The notes under the pieces: model-generated
What the model saw: only the letters and a program-made list of their open reading frames with translations
Database searches by the model: none
What the model was told of the DNA's origin: nothing
In this document: positions 18,466-26,657 of the stretch, in pieces
Layout of the letters: every line of letters starts with the position of its first letter
How positions within the stretch are numbered: the first letter of the stretch is position 1
Assembly: GCA_001029675.1 (NCBI GenBank)
Contig: CP011210.1
Span: 320,193 to 384,192 of the forward strand
Source: Candidatus Beckwithbacteria bacterium GW2011_GWC1_49_16
GTDB taxonomy: Bacteria > Patescibacteriota > Microgenomatia > UBA1400 > CG1-02-47-37
Length of the DNA stretch: 64,000 nt
Direction: 5' to 3'
Position numbers and translations under genes: made by a program

Positions 18466-19201
18466 CTTCGGCAGGGGGCTGGGCTGAGTCGGTGGCGGTG
18501 GGAGCGTTGGTGGGGGTAAGAGAGGCGGGGTTGTTTTTGCCGGGGATGACCAGGATGGAGTTAACTTCGTCGATGCCCCCGTTTTGGTCTAGGACGACGA
18601 TGGCAAAAAGTGAATCGTCCAGAGCTAAATCTTCGACTGCGGGGTCTTCTAAGCCGGGAACGGTAAAGTCGGTCGAGGAAGAGATGGTTAAAGTTTTGCC
18701 GTCGAGGCTGACGGTGTTGCCGTCGATTTCTTCGATCTTGCCGGAGATTAGTTGCCTGGCCGGCGGGGTCTTGGGGGCGGTGACTTGAGAGACGCGTTGG
18801 GCTTCTAAGTAATCTTTCTCTGGGTAGACATAGCCCATGGCGATGAGAAAGTCGTCGGTGGCGATCTTGGCAAAGCTGCCGGGATTCCCGGCATAATCGG
18901 TGTCGTCATTGACCGTAATTTTATTGGTTTGAGATTTGTATTCCAGGGTAAAGCCGGAGTCGGTGATGTCGGTAACTTTGCCGACAAAAGCTTTTTTCTG
19001 AGGCAAGTTGGATTGGGCTTCGAGCTCCAGTTTAATTTGTTGAAGTCCGGTTTCGGCGGTTTGCTGGAGGCGCTCTTTAATTTTTTGGGTCAGCTCGTCG
19101 TCAGGAGAAGGGGATGTCCCCTGGGCTGAAACCCAATTGAAAATTGAAAATTGAAAATTGAAAATTAGAGCGACGACAATCGCCGTGACGAGTTTTTTCA
19201 T
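18455..19201 (-). CDS. Secreted hypothetical protein with signal peptide
   Basis: N-terminal signal-like segment (MKKLVTAIVVALIFNFQFSIFNWVSAQG); no recognisable catalytic motif; Pro/Thr-rich C-terminus. Confidence 0.4.
   Translation of the reverse strand: MKKLVTAIVVALIFNFQFSIFNWVSAQGTSPSPDDELTQKIKERLQQTAETGLQQIKLELEAQSNLPQKKAFVGKVTDITDSGFTLEYKSQTNKITVNDDTDYAGNPGSFAKIATDDFLIAMGYVYPEKDYLEAQRVSQVTAPKTPPARQLISGKIEEIDGNTVSLDGKTLTISSSTDFTVPGLEDPAVEDLALDDSLFAIVVLDQNGGIDEVNSILVIPGKNNPASLTPTNAPTATDSAQPPAEDDE
19137..19164. repeat. Perfect 7-bp tandem repeat (TTGAAAA)x4 inside the signal-peptide coding region of the 18455-19201 gene
   Basis: Read directly: ttgaaaa ttgaaaa ttgaaaa ttgaaaa at 19137-19164, encoding FNFQFSIFN on the minus strand. 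Confidence 0.9.
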
Positions 19202-19674
19202 TGATCCTGGCTTTCTTCAGTTTGAGGCGGGATAAGTTCGGTAGTGGAGTAGGTGATAATTAAGTTTTGGGTTTGGGTGGTGTTGGTTTCGTCAGAGGCG
19301 ACTATGGTTAACTCGTTGAAGCCTTTGATTAGGGTGACGTCGGTGGCAAAGATGCCCTCCTCGTCCGCCTGAAGCAAGACCTGGTCGGTCTCGGAGATGA
19401 CGGCGATAATCGCCCCCGGCCAAGCGATCCCGGAAAGGGTAATGTCACTTTGATTAACTAAATCGTTGGTTTGGTGTGAGGTAATGGTGAGGGTTTTTTG
19501 AGACAAATCTGAGGAGGGCGGCGGGGTGACGCTGATTTCTCCCTGGGATTGTTTTAACTTTTGCTGCTCTAATGATTTGTTGGCGGTGTAGATGCCGAAA
19601 GTGATGATCAGGCCTAAAATTAACCCGGAAACGACCGCGATTAGAACTTCCTTTTTCATATGAGGTGCGGGCAC
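19198..19674 (-). CDS. Membrane-anchored hypothetical protein
   Basis: Single N-terminal TM helix (VLIAVVSGLILGLIITFGIY), then a Thr/Ser-rich extracytoplasmic region. The 4-bp overlap with the downstream gene suggests an operon. Confidence 0.35.
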   Translation of the reverse strand: MPAPHMKKEVLIAVVSGLILGLIITFGIYTANKSLEQQKLKQSQGEISVTPPPSSDLSQKTLTITSHQTNDLVNQSDITLSGIAWPGAIIAVISETDQVLLQADEEGIFATDVTLIKGFNELTIVASDETNTTQTQNLIITYSTTELIPPQTEESQDQ

Positions 19675-19695
19675 TATAGCATCAGGGGAGATTGA

Positions 19696-20379
19696 TTGTC
19701 AAGCAAAGCCGATTGTGTTACCATGAGGCCCATGGATATAATCTATTTGGGACATTCTTGCTTCCTTTTAAACTACAAACAGGTAAAATTGGTGACCGAT
19801 CCTTTTGGGGAAGCCGTGGGGTTTAAACAGCGTCAGGCGGCGGCGGATATCGTGACTATTTCTCATAATCATCGAGACCACAGCGATTTAAGTCGCATCA
19901 AAGGAGGCGGGCCGAGAGTAATCAATGGCCCGGGCGAGTACGAGGTTTCCGGGGTGAGTATTATCGGGGTGGCTGCTTGGCACGATGACAAAAATGGAGA
20001 AAATAGGGGTAAAAATACCATTTACGTTATCGACATGGGCGACGTCAGGTTGTGTCATTTGGGAGATTTGGGGCATAAACTGACCGACAAGCAATTGGAT
20101 CTTATCGACGGAGTGGACGTTTTATTGATACCGGTCGGCGGGGAGGTAACTATTGGTCCAGCGGAGGCCAGCGACGTGGTCAAGCAGGTGAGTCCGGGAT
20201 TGGTGATACCGATGCACTATAAAACCCGCGAGCACGGCAATGCTTTTGCCAAGTTTTTCGGAGTGAAAGAGTTTTTAGATGAGGTGGGCGGCAGTTTTAA
20301 AAAGGCAAGTAAAATAAAATTGACTAAGACGGATGTACCGGAAGAAACAGAATTCGTGGTGATGGAGAGGAAGAGTTAA
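19696..20379 (+). CDS. Metallo-beta-lactamase-fold hydrolase
   Basis: HxHxDH zinc motif (ISHNHRDHSD) and later His/Asp ligands; 227 aa. Confidence 0.75.
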   Translation: MSSKADCVTMRPMDIIYLGHSCFLLNYKQVKLVTDPFGEAVGFKQRQAAADIVTISHNHRDHSDLSRIKGGGPRVINGPGEYEVSGVSIIGVAAWHDDKNGENRGKNTIYVIDMGDVRLCHLGDLGHKLTDKQLDLIDGVDVLLIPVGGEVTIGPAEASDVVKQVSPGLVIPMHYKTREHGNAFAKFFGVKEFLDEVGGSFKKASKIKLTKTDVPEETEFVVMERKS

Positions 20380-20401
20380 AAAAGCCTGCCAGAAAAAACT
20401 T

Positions 20402-21718
20402 ATGGCGAAAGCGCCGCGAGTACCACCTCACAGCGACGAGGCCGAGAAATCGGTTCTGGGAGCGGTGTTGATTGATAAAGACGCAGTGGTGGCGGTGGCC
20501 CAGTTTTTAAAGCCGAACCATTTTTACCGGGAGAGTCACGGCCGGATTTTTGAAGCGGTGTTGGCGCTTTATGAACAAAGGGAGCCGGTGGACGTGGTGA
20601 CGGTGTCGGAAAAGCTCAAAAAAGCCAAGAGTTTAAAGCAAGCCGGCGGAGCGGCGTATTTGACCGAGCTGGTCAACCAGGTGCCGACCAGCGCCCACGC
20701 AGAAAACTACGGCCGGATTGTCAAAGATTTGTCGACCAAAAGGGATCTTATTTCCGAAGCGTCTAAGCTGGTAGAAGCCTCTTTTGACGAGGTTCAGTCG
20801 ACAGAAGAGGTCTTAAATCAAGCAGAAAAGATTATTTTTGGCCTAAGCCAGGAGCGATTAACCCGCCATTTTGTGCCGGTCAAAGACGCTTTGGCCGAGT
20901 CGTTTGACAGGCTTGACGAGCTGCACAAGCAAGCCGGAGGTTTGCGGGGAGTGCCGTCGGGTTTTTCTGACCTGGACGACGTTTTGGCGGGGCTGCAGCA
21001 GAGCAACTTACTGATTCTGGCGGCGCGGCCGGGGATAGGCAAGACCAGCTTGGCTTTAAACATTGCCCAATACGCTACGGTAGAGGAGAAGATCCCGACA
21101 GGATTTTTTTCTTTGGAGATGAGCCAAGAGGAATTGGTGGATAGACTCTTGGTGGCCCAAGCCGACATTGACGCCTGGAGGCTTAAAACCGGCAAGTTGA
21201 ATGAAAAAGACTTTTCCCAGTTGTCCGACGCCATGGGGGAGCTGGCAGAGGCGCCGTTTTATATCGACGACACGCCGGGAATGAGCATCAACGAGATGCG
21301 CACCAAAGCCAGGAGGCTTCAGGTGGAGCAAGGGGTCAAACTTTTGGTGGTTGACTATTTACAGCTGGCCCACAGCCGCAATTTGGAAAATCGGGTCCAG
21401 GAGATTTCCGAGGTATCGATGGGTTTAAAAAACCTGGCCCGGGAGCTTAAAGTGCCGATTTTGGCAATCTCGCAGCTGTCGCGGGCGGTAGAGCATCGGG
21501 GAAGCAGGCGGCCACAGCTGGCAGATTTAAGAGAATCGGGAGGAATCGAGCAGGACGCCGACGTGGTGATGTTTCTTTACCGGGAAGACGAGGAAGACCT
21601 GGAAAATTTAAAGCTATATGTCGCCAAACACAGAAACGGGCCGCTATCGACGATTGATTTGAGATTCCGCGGCGACCGGATTAGGTTTTATGGGGTGGAA
21701 AAAAGAAGGCAGAAATGA
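20402..21718 (+). CDS. dnaB: Replicative DNA helicase DnaB
   Basis: N-terminal DnaB domain (PHSDEAEKSVLGAVLID), RecA-like C-domain with Walker A (ARPGIGKTS) and Walker B; no intein. Confidence 0.9.
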   Translation: MAKAPRVPPHSDEAEKSVLGAVLIDKDAVVAVAQFLKPNHFYRESHGRIFEAVLALYEQREPVDVVTVSEKLKKAKSLKQAGGAAYLTELVNQVPTSAHAENYGRIVKDLSTKRDLISEASKLVEASFDEVQSTEEVLNQAEKIIFGLSQERLTRHFVPVKDALAESFDRLDELHKQAGGLRGVPSGFSDLDDVLAGLQQSNLLILAARPGIGKTSLALNIAQYATVEEKIPTGFFSLEMSQEELVDRLLVAQADIDAWRLKTGKLNEKDFSQLSDAMGELAEAPFYIDDTPGMSINEMRTKARRLQVEQGVKLLVVDYLQLAHSRNLENRVQEISEVSMGLKNLARELKVPILAISQLSRAVEHRGSRRPQLADLRESGGIEQDADVVMFLYREDEEDLENLKLYVAKHRNGPLSTIDLRFRGDRIRFYGVEKRRQK

Positions 21719-21951
21719 TCACCATGTACACCACTTCCTGGTGCGGGGATTGTAAGCGCTCCAAGGCATTTTTGGACGAGAAAGGGGTGGACTATGACGA
21801 GGTGGATATTGAGAAAGACGCTAGGGCGGCCAAGTTTGTCGAAAAAGTCAACCACGGTAATAGGAGCGTGCCGACGATAGTCTTTGACGACGGTTCGACT
21901 CTGGTCGAGCCGACTAACGAGGAGCTTGAAAAGAAGTTGGGGTTAAGTTAG
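21715..21951 (+). CDS. Glutaredoxin/NrdH-like small thioredoxin-fold protein
   Basis: 78 aa with a CGDC redox motif near the N-terminus (MYTTSWCGDCKRSKAFL) and thioredoxin-fold spacing. Confidence 0.6.
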   Translation: MITMYTTSWCGDCKRSKAFLDEKGVDYDEVDIEKDARAAKFVEKVNHGNRSVPTIVFDDGSTLVEPTNEELEKKLGLS

Positions 21952-22036
21952 TGCCAGGGGAGGGAATCGAACCCTCATGGGTCAATGGCCCACACGATTT
22001 TGAGTCGTGCTTGTCTACCGGTTCCAACACCCTGGC
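21952..22036 (-). tRNA. tRNA-Leu (anticodon CAA), class II with long variable arm
   Basis: Reverse complement reads GCCAGGG-UG-...-CACGA-CUCAAAA-UCGUG-(long variable arm)-GAGGGUUCGAUUCCCUC-CCCUGGC-A. It has a 7-bp acceptor stem, a T-loop GGTTCGATTCC, and anticodon loop CU-CAA-AA. No CCA is encoded. Confidence 0.85.
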
Positions 22037-22135
22037 TTATGTGTATAATTCTACCACAAAGAATTTTCCAAGTCTTGACAGGATTTAGTAATACTGATAG
22101 GATTAGTAATAATTAATAGTGATTATTACTTTAAT

Positions 22136-22369
22136 ATGCAGGCAATAACTACAGTAACTCAAAAAGGCCAAATAACCTTGCCCAAGTCGTTGAGAGAATT
22201 GGTTAATATCGATTTGTTCGACAAAGTCATAGTGAAACTTGGCAAAGGATATTTGAGGGTAGAGCCGACAAAGGATATTTTAGATTTGGCAGGAAAGTAC
22301 CGGGCTAAAAAGGGTCAGTCAGCCTTGAAAGCTAGAGAATTGATGGAGAGAGAGTACACCAGGGTTTAA
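22136..22369 (+). CDS. vapB: AbrB/MazE/SpoVT-family antitoxin (VapB-like)
   Basis: Swapped-hairpin AbrB-type N-terminus (TVTQKGQITLPKSLRE), 77 aa, directly upstream of the PIN gene. Confidence 0.65.
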   Translation: MQAITTVTQKGQITLPKSLRELVNIDLFDKVIVKLGKGYLRVEPTKDILDLAGKYRAKKGQSALKARELMEREYTRV

Positions 22370-22372
22370 GAA

Positions 22373-22789
22373 ATGAAACCTCATTTTATTGACGCGAATG
22401 TTTTTCTAAGGACAGTAGTAGTAGAAGACGATCAAGTGTCTCATGATTGTAAAAAATTTTTAGAAAAAGTAAAACTGAATAAAGTAAGAGGGTTAACATC
22501 AAGCGTAGTGGTGGCGGAAGTGGTTTGGGTACTTGCTTCTTACTATAAATTGACCAGGCCTAGCATCGCTGAAGTGGTCGAGGCTATCACCAGCTTAAGA
22601 GGATTAAAAATAGTCAGAACCGATAGTATTAAGCTAGCCGTGGATATTTACAGGGACTCGGGAGTTAAATACGTCGACGCTTTAATTGCGGCCACAGATA
22701 AAATTCAGGAAAAGAAATGGGTGGTGGTGTCTTACGATAAGGATTTTGATAAGTTGGGAGTGAGACGGGTGGAGCCGGGACAGATATGA
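22373..22789 (+). CDS. vapC: PIN-domain toxin (VapC-like ribonuclease)
   Basis: PIN acidic residues: D near the N-terminus (FIDANVF), later E and D (YVDALIAAT); 138 aa; gene pair 4 bp apart. Confidence 0.7.
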   Translation: MKPHFIDANVFLRTVVVEDDQVSHDCKKFLEKVKLNKVRGLTSSVVVAEVVWVLASYYKLTRPSIAEVVEAITSLRGLKIVRTDSIKLAVDIYRDSGVKYVDALIAATDKIQEKKWVVVSYDKDFDKLGVRRVEPGQI

Positions 22790-23349
22790 TTAACGTCAAC
22801 CAATTGCGAAACGGCACGGCTTTTGAAGTGGAGGGAACGCCGTTTCTGGTGCTAAAGTACGAGTTTACCAAGATGGGCCGCGGCACCGGCAACATCAAAG
22901 TCAAGGTAAAAAATCTTAACACCGGGGCGGTGACCACCAAGACCTTTATTACCGGCAACAAGGTGGAAGAGATTAATTTGACCAGAAAAAAAATGCAGTT
23001 TTTGTACCAAGCGGGAGACCAAGCGGTGTTTATGGATGCTACCACTTTTGACCAGGTGGAACTGGAGGCGGAACTGATTAAGGAAGAGAGGGCCTATCTG
23101 ACAGAGGGCTTGGTAGTAGAAGTGTTGTTTTGGGAAGAGAAGCCGTTGTCGATTCAACTGCCGGTTAAAATCGAGTACGAGATCAAAGAAACCGGCCCGG
23201 GAGAGAAGGGCGATAGCGCTACTAACCTTTACAAGCCGGCCGTGCTCGCCAACGGCTTTAAAGTCAAGGTGCCGCTGTTTGTCAAAACCGGAGACAAAAT
23301 TAGGGTGGATACCAGGACAGGGGAGTACATTGAGAGAATTTCTAATTGA
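22786..23349 (+). CDS. efp: Elongation factor P
   Basis: Three-domain EF-P, 187 aa. The conserved loop reads FTKMGRGTGNIKV, i.e. Arg rather than Lys at the modified tip position. Confidence 0.9.
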   Translation: MINVNQLRNGTAFEVEGTPFLVLKYEFTKMGRGTGNIKVKVKNLNTGAVTTKTFITGNKVEEINLTRKKMQFLYQAGDQAVFMDATTFDQVELEAELIKEERAYLTEGLVVEVLFWEEKPLSIQLPVKIEYEIKETGPGEKGDSATNLYKPAVLANGFKVKVPLFVKTGDKIRVDTRTGEYIERISN

Positions 23350-23354
23350 CCTAA

Positions 23355-23792
23355 TTAACCTAATGACCAAATGACGATTATCGCCACGATGACAACCTGC
23401 CACACCAGGCCCCAGGGAAGATCGAGTTTATTATGGAGGCGGCTTTGGAGGCGTTTAACCCACGAAAAAGGGGGAAAGTTGGCGTCAAAAACGTGGTAGG
23501 GGGCCTCGATCCAATCGGGCAGCTGGGCGGTAAACATCATCAGTACCAGGTAAGCCAGGGGGACTTGGTCGGCGAAGATGATGTAACCTAAGCTCATGCC
23601 GGCGGCGGCGTCGGACAGGGAGAGAAAGATAATTTTTGCTTTACTCCTTTTGACTTTTCTGGTCCTAAAGTCCCAGTGGGGAGTAAGGTCGGCTAAAAAA
23701 TGAACTGCCAGGCTTGCCGGCAAGCCCAAATAGGGATTGGGGATGAGTTTGGCCAGTGAGGCGCCGATTAAAGCGTGTGAGGCGTCGAGCAT
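23355..23792 (-). CDS. DUF457/YdjM-like membrane-bound metal-dependent hydrolase family protein
   Basis: Small multi-TM protein starting M..SHALIGASLAKL, reminiscent of the YdjM family. Low-to-moderate confidence. Confidence 0.45.
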   Translation of the reverse strand: MLDASHALIGASLAKLIPNPYLGLPASLAVHFLADLTPHWDFRTRKVKRSKAKIIFLSLSDAAAGMSLGYIIFADQVPLAYLVLMMFTAQLPDWIEAPYHVFDANFPPFSWVKRLQSRLHNKLDLPWGLVWQVVIVAIIVIWSLG

Positions 23793-23843
23793 AAAGGTAA
23801 GTATATAGTATCCAGTGGTGGGTATCTAGTATACTAATAGAGT

Positions 23844-24701
23844 ATGTGGCCGACTTTAGTTGCCATCGGACCGCTGGCATTCCATTCGTTTGGAGTGGTT
23901 TTGGGGTTGGGGGTGTTTTGGGGCGGTTTTGTTTTGTGGCAGAAGGGTAGGGAAGAAGGGTTTGAAGAAGTGGCCTTGATGGATGGTTGGCTGGTGGCGG
24001 GAATAGTGGGTTTGATTACCGGCAGAATCGGCGAGGTGCTTTTAAACTGGGGAGAGTTTAGCGGCAGTATCTACCGGATGCTGTTTTTTACCAAGTTTCC
24101 TGGTCTCGCCTACGAGGGAGTACTTTTGGGGGCGGTAATTACCTTGGCGGTTTTTGGCTTAAAGCAAAAATGGAACGTCTGGCGCTTTTTGGAGACGGCG
24201 GTACCAGCGCTTTTGGTGGTGGAGATGGCCGGTTGGCTGGGAGCATTTCTTGCCGGAAGCAACCTAGGGAAAGTGACCGAGTTTGCCTGGGGAATAAATT
24301 TCCCCGGAGTGGAAGGCGCCAGGTTTCCGGTCCAGCTGGCGGCGGTTTTGCTTTTATATATCTGGTATAGGTTGATGGCCCACTGGGAAAAGGAATACCG
24401 TAGTTTTGGCTGGTACCAAACGGACAAGGGTGAGGCGAGGCCGGGGTTTATGGTGGCGGCCTATTTAGCCGGTTTGGGCGGGATCCGCTTGGGGTTAGGG
24501 TTTTTGGCGGTGGAGAGACACTGGCAGTTTGACTTGGGTCTGTTAATTTTTTCTGGATTGCTTTTAATTTGGCGATCGGGTATAACGATACATGTCAAAA
24601 CTCAAACTGAAAAACTCAAAGTCGCTGCTGATCAAGGGGTAAAACGAGACAGAAAACGGGAGAGGCAATTTAGAAAAAAGCAGGGATTTGATTTTAAATA
24701 G
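23844..24701 (+). CDS. lgt: Prolipoprotein diacylglyceryl transferase
   Basis: 7-TM protein with Lgt-like N-terminus (IGPLAFHSFGVVLGLGVFWG) and conserved region GxxxGRxGN-like (GLITGRIGEVLLNWGEF). Confidence 0.7.
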   Translation: MWPTLVAIGPLAFHSFGVVLGLGVFWGGFVLWQKGREEGFEEVALMDGWLVAGIVGLITGRIGEVLLNWGEFSGSIYRMLFFTKFPGLAYEGVLLGAVITLAVFGLKQKWNVWRFLETAVPALLVVEMAGWLGAFLAGSNLGKVTEFAWGINFPGVEGARFPVQLAAVLLLYIWYRLMAHWEKEYRSFGWYQTDKGEARPGFMVAAYLAGLGGIRLGLGFLAVERHWQFDLGLLIFSGLLLIWRSGITIHVKTQTEKLKVAADQGVKRDRKRERQFRKKQGFDFK

Positions 24702-24709
24702 TAGGTTTT

Positions 24710-25087
24710 ATGAGCAAAATAAAATTTCCTTTGGCAGTCCTAAAACCGATTTTGGATCACTTGCATCTTGAAGAAAAAAAGCTGAAAAAGCGAAAGCAAG
24801 AGCTAAAGAAGGAAGATCCTTACGAAGACCAGGATCGAGTCAATGACAACGCCTCGATTGACACCGACGCGGCCGAGGAGGCCGGTCACGAACGGGTGAC
24901 GGCTTTAAAAAGCGAGATCGATCGGACGCTAATTCGGGTGAGAAAGACTTTAACCAGAATAAACTTGGGCAGATACGGCCAGTGTGAGTCTTGCGGCAAG
25001 ATGATTGATACCGATAGGTTGGCGGTGGACCCGACGGCAAGCCTGTGTATTGATTGTGCCAAAAAACTTCCAAACAAGAAGCAGTGA
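24710..25087 (+). CDS. DksA/TraR-family C4 zinc-finger protein
   Basis: Coiled-coil N-terminus and C-terminal CESCGKMID...CIDCAK four-Cys zinc finger. Confidence 0.7.
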   Translation: MSKIKFPLAVLKPILDHLHLEEKKLKKRKQELKKEDPYEDQDRVNDNASIDTDAAEEAGHERVTALKSEIDRTLIRVRKTLTRINLGRYGQCESCGKMIDTDRLAVDPTASLCIDCAKKLPNKKQ

Positions 25088-25803
25088 GTATTGTCTTTAG
25101 GCCAAAAGTGGTTTACGAGGACGGGCAGATTTTAGTGGTCGATAAGCCCTCGGGTTTAGTAGTGGACGAGTCGGCCACAAGCGGGGGCAGACCGACACTT
25201 GAAGCCTGGCTTGAGAGTAGGGGAATTAAGGCGGAAAGGAAGGGGATCGTTCACCGGCTGGACAAGGAGACCAGCGGGGTGTTGGCGGTGGGGAAAACCG
25301 GTAAGGCAGTGAGAAAGCTTAAAGAGCAGTTTAAAAAGCGGCGGGTTAAGAAAACCTATTTGACTTTGGTTCACGGTCAAACACTCAAAGAGGGGAGGGT
25401 AACGGCGCCGATAAAAAGAAGCCCGTTTAGTCGGCAAAAGTTTGGTGTCTTTGTCGGAGGAAGAAGAGCGGAGACTGGTTTTGTTCGGGTTGGCAGTTAT
25501 GTTTTGAAGTCAGGCAGAGGAGAAGAGAAGTTTTCTTTGCTTCGGGTTTATCCCAAGACGGGGCGGACTCACCAGATCCGGGTGCACTTGAAATTTTTGG
25601 GTCATCCGTTGGTTTCCGACACCAAGTACGGCGGCAGAAAAAGCGTCAAAAAAGATTTAAGCTGGTGCCCGAGGTTGTTTCTGCACGCGGAAAGGCTTGA
25701 GTTTAACCACCCGGAAAGCGGTAAGAGAATGGAATTTAGAGTTGAATTATCTAACGACCTTAAGGAGGCGGTAGAAAAATGCCTAAGAGAAGAAAATCAC
25801 TAA
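25054..25803 (+). CDS. RluA-family pseudouridine synthase (no S4 domain)
   Basis: Catalytic Asp motif HRLDKETSGVLAVGKT and RluA-family blocks (VVDKPSGLVV, YLTLVHG). Confidence 0.8.
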   Translation: MCQKTSKQEAVSIVFRPKVVYEDGQILVVDKPSGLVVDESATSGGRPTLEAWLESRGIKAERKGIVHRLDKETSGVLAVGKTGKAVRKLKEQFKKRRVKKTYLTLVHGQTLKEGRVTAPIKRSPFSRQKFGVFVGGRRAETGFVRVGSYVLKSGRGEEKFSLLRVYPKTGRTHQIRVHLKFLGHPLVSDTKYGGRKSVKKDLSWCPRLFLHAERLEFNHPESGKRMEFRVELSNDLKEAVEKCLREENH

Positions 25804-26633
25804 GCCTGTCAGTTTTTTGGGGGTTGGTTTTTTTGGTGTCGTTGGCAGGGTTGCTGGGATTAAGTTTTCTTATCAAGCTGAAAAAAAATAGCCTGTGGGA
25901 TGGGCGGCTGCCGATGAGCGTGGTGGAAAGCCAAGGGGAGCAGTTGTGGCTCAAAAGTTTTTTTCCGGAAGAAAACCGCTGGCTGGAGCTTAAACTACCG
26001 GGCAACACCCTGGTAGAGGTGCCCGGAGGCTTCGGCCAATATCAGTTGAGAAGCGTTTATAAATTAGGCGAGCTCGACGGAAGAGGGGGGCAACTTTTAG
26101 CCCGGTCGGTACAGGATTTGTTGGCGGTGCCGGTGGACGGCTGGCGGGTGGAAGGAAAAACCAACCTTAGTTGGTGGGACAGGTTGAGGCTGTGGTGGCA
26201 AGGAAATTTAAACGGCAGTCGAAAAAAAGAGATCAACTTGGGGCAGCTTGCGTCTTTTCAGCCGCTTGAGCTTAAAGACGGTAGTCGAATCTATCGGGTA
26301 AGCCAGATTTTGGTGGACGATCTAGTTAACCGGGAGTACTTTGACGATAGACTGGCTGAGGAAAACCTGACGGTGGCGATATTAAACGGCAGCGGGGTGA
26401 CTGGTATGGCTAAAACGGTGTCGCGTCTGGCGGCCAATTTAGGGGCGGAAGTGGTGAGCATCAAAAACTATCAGTCTATAGGAACCTCGATGCTGGTAGT
26501 GGCTGAAACGGGAGTGGTAGAGAGTCGAACTTACCAGAGGCTCTCCCAAGCCCTGGGGATAGCTAAAGTCGAAATCAGGCCGGGGAATGAGTTTAGGGCA
26601 GATTTGGCGGTAGTGGTGGGTGAGGATTTTTGA
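25779..26633 (+). CDS. LytR/CpsA/Psr (LCP)-family protein with LytR_C domain
   Basis: N-terminal TM anchor; the C-terminal segment LTVAILNGSGVTGMAKTVSRLAANLGAEVVSIKNY...VVV matches the LytR C-terminal domain pattern. Confidence 0.6.
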   Translation: MPKRRKSLSLSVFWGLVFLVSLAGLLGLSFLIKLKKNSLWDGRLPMSVVESQGEQLWLKSFFPEENRWLELKLPGNTLVEVPGGFGQYQLRSVYKLGELDGRGGQLLARSVQDLLAVPVDGWRVEGKTNLSWWDRLRLWWQGNLNGSRKKEINLGQLASFQPLELKDGSRIYRVSQILVDDLVNREYFDDRLAEENLTVAILNGSGVTGMAKTVSRLAANLGAEVVSIKNYQSIGTSMLVVAETGVVESRTYQRLSQALGIAKVEIRPGNEFRADLAVVVGEDF

Positions 26634-26657
26634 GCTTCAAGGTGATAAAATCTCTCT

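Noticed and set aside
22041-22052. TATAAT-like hexamer (GTGTATAATT) next to the 5' end of tRNA-Leu
   Set aside because: It lies on the plus strand, downstream of the tRNA's 5' end relative to its own transcription direction, and has no suitably spaced -35. The vapB promoter further downstream (TTGACA at 22075) explains plus-strand transcription better.
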